Shown here piece by piece: positions 36,276-48,593 of a stretch of DNA of 64,000 nucleotides. The DNA comes from Selaginella moellendorffii (lineage: Eukaryota > Plantae > Lycopodiophyta): the NCBI RefSeq assembly GCF_000143415.4, contig NW_003314277.1, positions 1 to 64,000 of the forward strand, written 5' to 3'. Position 1 is the stretch's first letter. Each line of letters opens with the position of its first letter. The notes under the pieces were generated by a model. It ran no database searches. It was given only the letters and a program-made list of their open reading frames with translations, and was not told where the DNA came from. Made by a program: the position numbers and the translations under genes.

Positions 36276-39101
36276 ATGGCCTCCGCAAGTGCGACGCATG
36301 TTCCGTCCGTGGATCTTAAGAACCGTGCTACATGGATTCAGGCAAAGGTGTTTCTAAACAACCCCGAGGGGGAGGTGGTAGCTGAGGGCTTAGCCACAGT
36401 TGTCGATCCAAGAGATGCGGTTGCTAATCAAGAATTTGGCTGGGATGATATTGGAGTTGCGATTTTAGAGGTTGTTGACACAGAAGAAAATAGTCTGACT
36501 ATTGGAAGCATTGTGCGGTGGAAATTGAGGCACTTAGTGTTTGAGAATGTGAAGGATTCACAATCAAACACCACTACAACTGATGACATAACATCTCTTC
36601 ATGGGAAAAGAAAGTACACCTTCCTAAAGCGCAGCCAAAGGGATCTGAGCAACGAACCGAAAAGGCAGAAAATGGCGATGGAGGTTCGAATGGTCTCGAC
36701 AGTTGCTTGTTGCAAGAGGAGGTGCTGTCAACATGCTGATTGGGATGCTATTGAAGAGGAGAGAGCAAGATACAAGACATTGTCCTAGAAGGCAGCTCGC
36801 AATTTTGTGTATGAGGCATTACAGTCATCTGTTGATGCTTCAGAACATCAGGTGGGGGGCATGGTCTTCCAGAGGGGTTTGGTCTGCATGAAGGCATGGA
36901 GAATCATTTATGGAGTCCCTCGAACCACATTCTACAGAATCAAAACTGAGTTCGAGGAACAAAGGGTTCAATAGGCAGTCCATGGGAACGACAGTACTCA
37001 CAAAACCAGGGGTCATGTTGTATATGGAGAGGCAATCTTCAAGAGGTTTGTCGAGACATGTAGCGAGCAGCAACCACATAAAACCCACCTCTTGGAAGAT
37101 GGAACTCGAGACACCCAACGAGTTCTCCCTTCCATGTATACCAAGGGGGCCATATTGGAAGATGTGAATCGGGAACTCCAGAGTAATGGCTACAGGAAGC
37201 TGAGCCAATCTAGATTTAGTAGATTGTGGAGCAACAGGTTCAGGGATGTGAGTATAGGAAAGTACTCCAGCTTTTCAAAGTGTGACGAGTGCACTGCTAT
37301 CAAAATGGCTTTGTCGAAGAATTCTTGCATCGCTCAAGAGCGAGAGACGTTGGTTAGAAGGCGGCTCGACCACAACATCGAGCAGAGAAGCTGCAGGACT
37401 GCATATTATCATAACAGGATTCTCTCCATGGAGAGACCTGACTCTTACCTCTGCATCATCCACGACAAAATGGACCAGAAAAAGACGTGCTTACCTCGAC
37501 TCAATCCTGCCCCCAAGGCAATCTCTTCATCCATGCAGCTGCCTGTGTCTCTGTTTGGCATAATCGCTCATGGGCATGGTGCCCAGAACTATGGGAACTT
37601 CTTTGTACTTCTATGGGGTGGCGGGGGTGCAAACATGATGATTGCGTCCCTAGCAAAACACTTAAGGTCTCTGCAAAGTGCGCAGACTGAGCTGAACGGC
37701 CAACCCTTGCATAAGGCCCTTGTCGATCGAACCCCATACAGGGTTCAGCTGGAGGAGGAGCAAAGGCTTGCAGTATCGCGTGGGGCCCCATGCCATCCCA
37801 GTGAATATGTTGGCCGTCAGATTGTAGGGTTATCACGTGAGGCCTCATGCCATTCCAACGAGGCTGGTCGCCCGGTGAATGCACAGCCTCATCCAAACGA
37901 AGCAGAATCTCAAGGAAGTTCTTGCAGCCGATGTGGCCTTCCACCCCATCTTCTGCTCCAAACAGACAATGCTGGTAGTGAGAACAAAAATATGTACGTC
38001 TTCGCGTACTTGGCGATGCTTGTTGCCAAAGGCATATTTGAAACGGTTACACTTGGCTTTCTCATGGTTGGGCACACTCATGAAGACGTCGATGCCATGT
38101 TCAGTCACCTGGCAGAGTCCCTCCGGTGATCCAATGTCCTCACCCTCCCACAACTCTACGATGAATTCCAAAATTGCATCAAAGGCACTGTTGAAGCTGC
38201 ACTTGTGACAGAGGTTCCAGACTTTAAGGGGTTTGTAAGAGGCTACATTAGGGACGGATCCGAAACGCTGATTGGCCACTCCAAGCCTCTTCAGTTTCAT
38301 TTCAGCATGCGTGACGGTGCTCCAGTGATGAGGTACAAAATGAGAGAATGGGACACAGTGTGGCTGCCAGTGGACGGCATTGAACTCTTCAAGAGAGATC
38401 CCATAACTGGGGAACCTATGATTCCTCAGGGTTCCCCACGTCCGATGCACCCGGATGGACTCAAAGACCAGGAAAGTATAGTGGCCGGGATTAGACAGCA
38501 TATTGCTTTCTGGAAGAGGAGGTTGGTGTTTGGTGGAGAATCCTATTTTCAGAGGTGCAAGCCTTTGCTCGAATACTGGGAGAAGATTATATCTGCTATC
38601 CAAAATGGGCCGGTTGTATATGAAGAATTGGAAGAGTCCTTTTGGCCAGAACCCAGAGCACCAGATAGTAGCGGAACAATGTCCTCTGGAAATGCAGTGA
38701 CAGATAACGATGTTGAGGATCACTATTGTGGGCCGAGGAACAAGAAGCCGGATTCAGCATTCAATCCAGTACATGTCTGCAAAGGAATGGTCGTGTTTGT
38801 CAGACCCAGTAATAAAAAACAAATGATATGGGTGGGGCACTGCATCACTGATGCAGAGGAGGACGCGGAAACTAACTCCTTCAATGTAACTGTGGAGTGG
38901 TTCAAGCCAAGTTCCGGATATATGAAGGATTGCCTAGAAAAGAGATGGGTGTTGAATCCAAGGGATCCCAGCATGAGCATATCGGTGGATAATGTTGTGC
39001 ATGGTTGGATGTGGAAGTAGAGTGCCACCATCACCTTGCCAGACCATGCAAGAGATGCAGCAAGAGCATTCATAACCCGGGTTCAAGGTGAGATTCATTA
39101 A
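36276..39101 (+). pseudogene. DDD/E transposase copy 2 (Sola1/DUF7869-like motifs), premature stops
   Basis: Motifs HDKMDQKKT, TDNAGSENKN and VGHTHEDVDAMFS. Lacks the first N-terminal repeat. Stops near 36786, 36972, 38127 and 39018. Confidence 0.8.
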
Positions 39102-39712
39102 TATTCCTTTACTAAGTTTCTAATGTATTTTATTTCAAGGTGAACAATCCGAATCTGAATCAGAGGAGGCGTGATGGCATGTGGCCTTACGCCATTCCTA
39201 GGTGAGATGATACAAATAACAAGTATAAATTCTTAGTTGTTCTAGCAAATCTTACTTAAAGTTCAAGGTGAACAAGCCGAATATGAATTCATCGGATTGT
39301 TATAACAAATTGCGAGGTGATGGCATGAGGTGATACGCCATTTGAGAGTGGTAGCCATTCCTATATGAGGTGAGTGAAATATTTATTAGAAATACCTCAT
39401 TCAATTGTGCACTTCTAAGTCTTGGTCCACTCAGTACTGTTTGCATGTTTTTATTTTAATTCTTTCTCTAAAATGTTATTTAGCATGTGGCTTCATGCCA
39501 TTGCTCTCCACAATCATGCATTGAATTTTTCTATCCTTGCATAATACTTCTCCATATATATAGCATGTGCGCACATGTGATATGGTTCATTAGGCCTAAT
39601 ATAGTGTGTGAGGTAAAACAAAGATGATGTGACATATGCATTTACCAATCACACGTGCATAAATCTAATAATATGGCGTGTGGCCCATATTAATGGCACA
39701 TAAACCCATATT

Positions 39713-40072
39713 GTGGGCTTACGTGCTTTATGTACCATCATTCCCTTGCAGTGTGTGTGTTGGTTTCCTTTTATAACACAACGAACTCCATATTTTAGGG
39801 TGAAGAGCGTTCTCATGGCAAGCACAAAATCTGTAAGTGAGGTAGAAAAGGAGACGGAGAAGGAGATAGGTGAAGATGTAGAATATATAAGTCTTCCAAA
39901 CTCCCCGTACTATACTCCAGATGATCATTTTTCTAAACAAACGGCAACATTAACAACTATCGAGAACGCCCCAGTAACGTCAGAGATAACAATCCAAAGC
40001 AAAACAACTGACCCGGAGAAGGATGATAGTACCGCTGAGAGTACCAAAAAGGAGGTGTCCACTAGCGCTTAG
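39713..40072 (+). CDS. Short ORF or exon homologous to 551-910, function unknown
   Basis: Open in both copies. Confidence 0.25.
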   Translation: MGLRALCTIIPLQCVCWFPFITQRTPYFRVKSVLMASTKSVSEVEKETEKEIGEDVEYISLPNSPYYTPDDHFSKQTATLTTIENAPVTSEITIQSKTTDPEKDDSTAESTKKEVSTSA

Positions 40073-40974
40073 GCTTATAATGGCGTGTGCCCTCATGCCA
40101 TTTACTTGATCACCAAATACCTTTTTCCCTTTGCACTAGTATATCTTAATACCGGTCTGAGAAATAGAATGGCATGTGCCCTCAGGCCTTTTACTAAATC
40201 ACCTTTGAAAGAAATGCAAGCCTCTATGCCGTAAAAAAAAGGTACTAGAGAAATTCCTTAATAATATGAATGTTATTTAGTTTCATGAAAATACACTAAG
40301 GGTCAAATGAGTTAAATGACTTCTCCAGACTAGCAATGCCTCTTGCTACACCTTCACAATTAGATTTGTTAGAAAAAGATAACATTGAATAATATCTAAA
40401 TGTTCTCACCATTAAGTTATATGTCTGGCTAATAGGAATGACGTTCATCTTGGAAAGCTCACCACACGCTCAATGAACAAACAAATAGTGTGTGTGCGCA
40501 TACCATCGCTCTTCTTTAGCTTCAGATTCGGCTTGTTCACCTTAACAATGAGATTTATTATACAACCAGATGGACTTAGTCTGGACACAAAGTCACCGCG
40601 CTAGTCACCATGCCCCAGATATGTCTAGCCCCTGGACAAAAAACATATAATTTCACGTCATTTTCAAATACTTGAAAATTTGTACCTAGTCCCATTTTAC
40701 TGAATAAATCCCACTTTAACGAAATAGAGCTTGTACTATTAAAAAATTGATCATGACCATTGATCGTGACCATTAATTTTTAGGGTTTTACTGCTAGGGT
40801 TTGAGCAAGAAAGGGTGAGAGAAAAACGCTTGAATTCTTCAAGATGCTTCTCAATCAAGATGCTAGATGCTCTTCAAGAAGAAAGACACTCCTCAATCAA
40901 AGTATGCCTCTCTCTACTACTTTTCCATCTCCCCATCTTTTGCTCCTAGTGCCTCACGGCTTCTTCGCGCTTGA

Positions 40975-41440
40975 ATGATCGGTTCGGCAGCAAACCAATC
41001 TTCCCAGCACATCAGATTCTGGTTTTTTTTTTCTTCTTGTCGTTCCATTGGCACTAAGAAGATCGGTTCGGCGAGAAACCAATCTTCCCAGCACATCAGG
41101 TTTTGGGTTTTTTTTTTGTTTCTTGTCGTTCCATTGGTGCTGAGAAGATCGGTTCGGTGACGAACCAATCCTCCCAACGCCAAGGAAATTGCTTCTTTTC
41201 TTCTTTTTTTTGTTCCCTTAGCGTTGAGAAGATCGGTTTAGTGGTGAACCGATCTTCCCAGCGCCAAGGGAACTGCCTCTTTTCTTCTTTTTTTTTTCCC
41301 TTGGCACTGGGAAGATCGGTTCAGTGACAAACTGATCTTCCCAGCGCCAAGGAAATTGCTTCTTTTCTTCTTTTTTTTGTTCCCTTGGCGCTGAGAAGAT
41401 CGGTTCGGTGACGAACTGATCTTCCCAACGCCAGGGGAAC
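40975..41440. repeat. Array of six ~84-bp units, each a long palindrome separated by T-tracts, upstream of the MULE cargo gene
   Basis: Unit consensus is CCTTGGCGCTGRGAAGATCGGTTC-N6-GAACCGATCTTCCCAGCGCCAAGG. Cores lie near 40977, 41058, 41143, 41228, 41310 and 41395. Confidence 0.9.
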
Positions 41441-44400
41441 TGCTTTGCGGTTTTTTTAAAGTTTACTCAAGTTTATTTATCATTTTCATGCAGATATATA
41501 AATCATGCCATAATAGAAGAAGCATCCTGGTCAACCTCAATGGATCCATTCTCTAGGAAAACGACTAGATCGTTGTGCTAGATTCACTAGGGACACCTCA
41601 CAAGTTCAAAGCGCTGCTTCGGAGGACGAATATGGTGGGAGTAGTGGTGTCCAAATCCAAGTAATGGTTGATCCTGATATAGGTGTTAGCATGCAAGAGC
41701 CAGATGGTTCTAGAGAGCGTGGAAATGCAGAAGCTAGCTATAGCACAAGAGAAGTTGCTGGTGGTAGTGCCATAGGTGGTGGTGCGAAACTTGGTGGCAG
41801 AAATGAGGCATCTGGTGGTATAGGTGGTGGGGCAGATCTTGGTGGTGAAAATGGCGAACATGCTGTTGCTCCTGAAGGTCACAGAAATAAGGTGGTAACT
41901 ATGCTAGAGGCTGACACGATCTTGAATGAGCGAGTACGTGAGACTATTGTCCAGACTCAAGAACAAACTATCAGTAGGGTGTTAGGTGAAATGGCTTGGA
42001 AAGAATCCCAACATCTTGAGATTCCATTTTGTCGTCTTAAGCAGAGTCACTGGGTGCGCTTAGCCTATGACCTCAACATGGCTATTTATACCTCTTTCAC
42101 AGAGGTTGGATTCAGGCACACTACTGGATCGTTTATTGTGTCGTCATCATTCCCTAGAACAAATCGCATAGACACAATTACTCACGAGATTGAGTAGACT
42201 TGGGATCAAATATGGCAAAGGAAATCTTGAGTTTGATACTTTGATGGCGTGCCACAAGGAGACACAAGCCTTTGTAGGCCGGATGTTCTTCATTATTGAT
42301 GGAAACCACCAGTGGCTTGTGTTTTGGAGGTGTATCCAAGAGAAGTTCCAGGATGATGATCAGTGACATATTTGTGTTCCAGTGACACTTGTGGAGCCAC
42401 GGGATTGAAACTAAGCTGTGAGGCTCAACTTGGCATATCACAAGATTAACATGTAAGAATCTTTTACTTGTAACCTTTGTTCTCACCAACTATGTTACAG
42501 GCTTAATCAGTTTGCTTTCCAAGCACATAACTTGGTCCATGATATCGAGCACCTTCGATATGTTGGCATGCTTTCTCTCAATGAAATCTAGATACTGTAT
42601 AGTCGTGAAGTTATGGAAGCGGTTCAAGCAAAGCTTGTAGCACGTAAAGGCCAGGAGTTGCTTACTTGGTATCAGGTGTAAGGAACCAACTCGCCGAGGT
42701 GTCGTAGGCTAAAGGAACCCCAAAAGCATGACCAAAATGACAAAGAGTTCATTGGATGGGAAGTCGAAAATCGAGTCCAAGACCGACTCAGAGACCGAGT
42801 TTGAGATAGAGTCTGGAATCGAGTCCGAGGCCGACTTGGAGACCGAGTTCGAGTCCAAGTTCGAGACTGAGTTCGAGACGGAGTCCGAGATCCGAAATCG
42901 GGTCCGAGGTCGAGTCCGAGGTCGAGTCCGAAGTCGGGTCCGAGATCGGGTCCGAGATCGAGTCCGAGATCGAGTCCGAGACCGAATCCGAAGTCAGATC
43001 CGAAATCGAGTCCGAGATCGAGCCAGAGACTAAGTCCAAATACTAATACGGGTCAAGGGGTGAAAGCCCAAAGCATGCGTCTCCCAGGGGGGGGGGGGGG
43101 GGGGGGCTGCAGGGGGTTCCAAAAGTATAGTAGGGATAGTGAGGTCCAGGAACTAGTTTAGAAGGGACTCTCCAGTGGGGCTCCCAAACCGACTTGAGGT
43201 TGGGACTGGGACCGAGGGGCCTTGGGTGGGAGTGAGCATAGACTTGGTTGGTGCCGGAGGGGCCATCCAAGGAAGTGCTCAAGAGCAGCTCTCACTCCCG
43301 AAAGGGAAACCGATTGCGGTGCTCCTGGCTCATGTGGAGTGGTGCCCCATGTGAGTACCATACGGCTCATTGGTCCTCGCCCTTCCTAGGGGCTTGGGCC
43401 TTCCTTCGGGATGGAAGTGGGGGGGTAGAGGTACCCATATCGGGCCGCTAGGCCACGGTGTTTCGCCCCCGAAGCAAGTGTTGCACTCAAGACTTGGGAT
43501 TTAGAGGGTCCTATGATCAAGTCTTGTGGTACCAAGGGATGTTAGGAACCTGGAAGCTTGGTGTGCTTGGCTGCTTGTGCTTGCGGGGAGTGTAGCCGAA
43601 CCTTAAGTCCAGTCTAACCCGGGGAGGGGGATTGGGAGAGATTGGGAATCTATGGATGGATGGCTAACGCTCCGCGGAAGAAAAAGAGAAAGACTGCGGA
43701 TGCTGGCAGCGCAGAAGGTGCGGACCTTTCGGCAGGGACTGAGGCAAAACCAGACAAGGTCGAACAGACCAAAGTAGAATCAGTCCCTCAGGCAGTTCCC
43801 AAGTACAAACCAAAGCCCCCACCGGTCTTCAAGGGAGTGAATGACTATAAGGTGGTGGAGGATTGGTTTTATGATATGGAGGACTACTTCCGAGCGTTGC
43901 GATTACCGAGCTCGGAGAAGGTCCCATGTGCAAAACCATACTTGGCAGATAATGCCAAGTCTTGGTGGAGAATGACAGAGGCCAACGAAGGACCAGTGGC
44001 CACTTGGGACATGATGAAGGCGAGGATCCGCGCAACATACGTTCCTCCGAATGCCACTCTGCATCTGAGAGATGAGCTGAGTAGGCTGAAGTAGGCTGAA
44101 ACTATCCAAGAATATGTGAATGGGTTCATGGCAAAGAGGATACTGGTCACGGACATGGGGGATATAGATGCGTTCCATGCCTTCATATCAGGTTTGCAAA
44201 CCTGGGCTCGCGGCGAAGTGATACGGTGGAACCCGACCAACTACAAGGAAGCGTTGGATGCAGCCATCAAGGTGCATTTCAACGATAACCTGCAAAAGGG
44301 GAACACGACGGGGTCGGGATCCACGTTTAGCAAAGGGGCCAAACCAAGGGGAACGTATAGCAGGGGGAAATTGAAGAAGAGTTTCTCTAAGAATGAGTCC

Positions 44401-47296
44401 TCGGGGTTCCGGAAAGGCAAATCCGGTGGCCAGCGAGCGAGTACGTAGGGGAGTCAAGTGAAAAAAGACAAACCCACGGATAAGAAGGTCAAGTCGTATT
44501 GCAGCATGGGAAACAACGTATGCTACAACTGCGGCGAAGCGGGACACTTTTCGAGGGAATGTCCCTACCCGAAGAAGGCCAGAGCCAATATGGCCATCAA
44601 GTCGGGTGAAGTCCAAACTGAGGTATGTGATCCAGTCCCTAACTCAAAGTTACTCATTACACAAGCAACTTTGGTAGAGAGTCGTTTGCGACATCTACTA
44701 GCCCTCCGAGGGAAGCTCGGAGGTAGCTTTGTTAAGATCCTTATTGACACGGGTGCTTCGGATAATTTTGTGGCTGTAGACATAGTCCGGCAAGCTGGAC
44801 TAACGGTGTAGCGGCTAGGCGAACCAAGGACTATAGAGTTTGTTCAAGGTAGCCAAAGCACCGATGAGGTACTTCGACAAGCGAGAGTCAAAGTAGGGAC
44901 ATGGGAAGTAGACATGGATTTCACCGTGTTAGACATGGCGGGATTTGACGTGATCTTCGGAATGGATTGGTTTAATCGGTTCGTGGTAACCCTGCATGGA
45001 CAAGGTAGGAACCTTGTGGTACTGGCGAATGCCCAAGGAAGAAGATCTAGGGTGGAGGCCCAGGATCTAAAGGTAGGGCCAAGTAAGGCCAAAGATTCCT
45101 GCTTAAACCTGGTGTCCACGAGAGGACAACTCACCAAAGGAACTAAGGCAGCCTTTTTGTGCTTACTCTCGGTGAAGAGTGACAAAAAGACAGGAAAGGA
45201 AGAAGTACCTTTGGTGATCCAGCGGGTGTTGGACCAATTCCAGGATACCATGCCGGAGGAGCTACCGGCGGGGTTGCCCCCCGCACGACCGATAGAACAT
45301 AAGATTGAGCTGGTCGAGGGTGCTGAGGCGATGGTTCGTCCCCCCTATCGTTTGAATGAAAAAGAACTCAAGGAGCTCAAGTGCCAACTAGAGGAGTTGG
45401 TGGACAAAGGGTATGTTAGGTTGAGCAAGACGCCGTATGGGGCGCCGGTGTTATTTGTGAAAAAGAAAGATGGTTCTATGCGCATGTGCATAGACTACCG
45501 GTTGCTCAACAAGTATACAAAGAAGAACAAGTACCCTTTGCCAAGGATTGAGGACCTGTTCGATAGGTTGGGAAAGGCAAAATACTTCTCGAGGATTGAC
45601 CTAAGGTCAGGATACTACCAGATCAGGGTAGCTGAGGAAGATGTCGATAAGACAATCTGTCGAACGAAGTATGGGAGCTTTGAGTTTCTGGTGATGCCCT
45701 TCGGGCTATGCAATGCACCGGCAACGTTTTCGGCATTGATGAACCATATCCTTATACCCTATCTGGATCACTTCGTGGTTGTCTATATCGACGACATCCT
45801 GATCTATAGCGAGACGCTAGAGGAGCATGCCGAACACTTAGCAAAGGTGTTTGAGAAACTAAGGGAACACAAACTGTATGCTAAAGAGAGCAAATGTGAC
45901 TTTGCTCAACAAGAGGTAAAGTTTTTCGGGCATGTGGTGGGCCAGGACGGCCTCAAGGTGGACCCGGAGAAGGTCCAAGCGATCCAGAAATGGGAGCGAC
46001 CATCGAATGTACATGAGTTGAGGGCGTTCTTGGGGCTATGCAACTACTACCGAAAGTTTATCAGACACTATTCGAGAGTAGCCCTGCCCTTAACGGACCA
46101 AACAGGAAAAGGGAAGATGGTATGGACAGCGGAATGCGAGGCGGCATTCGTCCACCTCAAAGGGAAGTTGAGGAAGGCTCCGGTGTTGGCATTACCGGAT
46201 TTTGGTAAGGACTTTGAGGTAGACACGGATGCTTCGGACTTTGCGTTGGGCGCAGTTCTGAAGCAAAACAACCATCCAGTAGCGTTCTTCTCGAAGAAGT
46301 TGGACAAAGCTCAACGGAAGTGGCCTGCCCACGAGAAGGAATTGTTTGCGGTGGTCAAAGCGCTCAAGGAGTGGCGACACTACCTTGGGAGACAGTTCAA
46401 GGTTTACACGGACAATGTGGCAACGAAACACTTCTTGTCACAGCCCGACCTGAGAGGGAAACAAGGTCGGTGGGCCAATGCCTTGGCTGAGTTTGATTGC
46501 GAGATTCTGTACAAGCCTGGGAAGAGCAACATCGTGGCAGATGCGCTAAGTCGAAAAGCGAGCTTGAGGTTGGCAATATCCAACGCAACAGCAACCTTCT
46601 GGGACGATGTGCGGACAGCATATGAGAACGATGGTCTAGCACAAGAAGTGTTGCTGAGGAATCTAGAGGTGCGGGAAGCTCACCAAAGAGGTGAGCTGCC
46701 AACGGAAGAGAAAACGGGCTATGCGAAACGCAACGGACTCATCTATTACAAGCAAACGAGGGTGTATGTTCCAGAAGGGGAACTAAGGAAGGTAGCCTTA
46801 GAAGAATGTCATGACAGACCTCTTGCGGGACACGGTGGAGTGCCCAAGACGATGGGCTTACTCAAGAGGAAGTACCATTGGCCAGATATGGCTAAGGACG
46901 TCCAAGACTATGTAAAGACATGTCCAACATGTCAACAGGTCAAAGCCGTGACTAAGGCTAGTGGGGGCTTGTTGCAAAGCATCCCAATTCCAGATTGTCC
47001 ATGGAAATGTCTTACGATGGACTTCATCACGGGACTTCCCCCAAGTGAGGGGTTTGATGCGATATTCGTGGTGGTGGACCGATTTTCGAAAATGGCACAT
47101 TTCATACCCACCACAACGGAGGTGGATGCGGAAGGTGTGGCGAAGCTGTTCTTCGAACAAGTGGTTCGAGTGCGGGGAAGGCCGGAAGAGATCATCTCAG
47201 ATCGAGATAAGATCTTCACTAGTAGGTTCTGGAGGACTCTCCTGGAACAGTATCGCACCAAGTTGAAATTCAGCACCGCCTATCACCCACAGACAG

Positions 47297-47343
47297 GTAT
47301 GGGGTATTAAGTCAAGTTTGGTGACACTAACACTTATTGACAG
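47297..47343 (+). other. 47-bp intron in integrase (A2)
   Basis: Same position, length, GT/AG ends and CACTAAC branch motif as in A1. Confidence 0.88.
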
Positions 47344-47761
47344 ACGGACAAACGGAAAGGGTGAATAGGCAGCTAGAGGATTATTTGCGATGCTATGTCT
47401 CGGGAGACTAGACCGATTAGGTAAGTCATTTGGGACTTGCGGAAATGTGTTATAACAACTCACCACATTCGAGTATCGGGGTAAGTCCATGGGAAGTCAT
47501 CAATGGGCGAGCTATTGAAGGTCCTGTGGAACTCGGCGTGGCCGAGTATCATGGAGAGCTACCCGCAGTGGAGGCATTCACGGCAGAAAGACTCAACATT
47601 TGGAATCTAGTGAGGGATTCCTTGGAACGGGCTCAACAAAGGCAAACCAAGTACGCGAACTTAAGGCGCCGGGATGTAGAGTTCCAAACTGGGGAGAAGG
47701 TGTGGCTGAACACCAAGAACCTCAGGCTACCAAGTGGGATCAGCCGAAAGTTGACCCAAAG

Positions 47762-47813
47762 GTAAAAATGCATGTATTCCTGTAAATGAATTGATCTTGA
47801 GTTCCTTAAGCAG
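47762..47813 (+). other. 52-bp intron in integrase C-terminal region (A2)
   Basis: Same sequence and position as A1 intron 2; removal restores KLTQR-FAGPYEI. Confidence 0.88.
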
Positions 47814-48593
47814 GTTCGCGGGGCCTTACGAGATTGAGGCACGAATCGGTAAAGTGGCTTACCGACTCCGACTTCCTCGAGAGATGGGGAAGATGCACCC
47901 AGTGTTCCACGTGAACTTACTCAAGCCGTACTTTGAGGATCCGCTTCGCAAGGACCAAGTAAGACCTTTACCTGAGGTTATCCAAGGGGAAGAGGAATAC
48001 GAAGTCGAGGCCATCCTCAATGCGCGCAAGAGCAAGCGACAAGGACGCGAGGTGAGAGAGTTCCATGTGAAGTGGAAAGGATTTCCACACTGCGAAGCAA
48101 CATGGGAACTGGAGGAGAACCTAGCGAACGCGCGAGATCTAGTGGAGGAATTTCTGCAAGGCAGAACTCTATGTACTTATACAAAGTTCAATTAAAAATA
48201 TCAATTTGCAAAGTTGAGCAAGTGGCATATGTTGGGACCCGAAGGCACGCCGAAGGTAAGCTAATTAGCATGGGTTAGCTAGGTCGACCAGGTGTAGGGA
48301 GCTACACCCGACTCCCTGCGTAGACTCCGTAGACGTATTCTACGGAGGTTGGGTTCGAGTCCCAACCCCTAGTAAAGCAAGGCTGGGTTCAAGTCCCGAC
48401 CCCATACTAGGGCGTGGTGAGGTGAGGAGTATAGGGACACCTATATTCCGTTGTCATGGGCTCTTGGTCAGGGAGGCTAACTTAGGCACACCGCTAAGTG
48501 GGGGGATGCCCCCGGAGACATGGTCAACAAGTCGTAGGATTAAAAGAGAGATGTTCGATGTGGGCATCGAACTTCTTCTATGGGTGGTGGAGT

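Larger units (their letters stand above)
27626..40733 (+). mobile_element. 13.1-kb TIR DNA transposon, copy 2 (both ends present), inverted relative to copy 1
   Basis: Perfect 25-bp TIRs CAAGCTCTATTTCGTTAAAGTGGGA (27626-27650; 40709-40733), with TA on both sides. Contains transposase and cargo gene. Confidence 0.93.
43675..48195 (+). pseudogene. gag-pol of A2; 798-codon open RT-RH-IN stretch (44914-47310); introns 47297-47343 and 47762-47813
   Basis: Motifs VYIDDIL, HHCC ([14 protein letters not shown]), [16 protein letters not shown] and chromodomain. Several TAG stops. Confidence 0.93.

Noticed and set aside
35-40587. The two 13-kb copies as giant TIRs of one 40-kb element, or as an inverted segmental duplication
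   Set aside because: Copy 2 has its own TIR pair and TA flanks inside the MULE, and copy 1 ends inside a gypsy LTR. They are independent insertions.
40975-41440. Possible CRISPR array
   Set aside because: The intervening sequences are similar T-rich tracts rather than unique spacers, there are no cas genes, and the context is eukaryotic.
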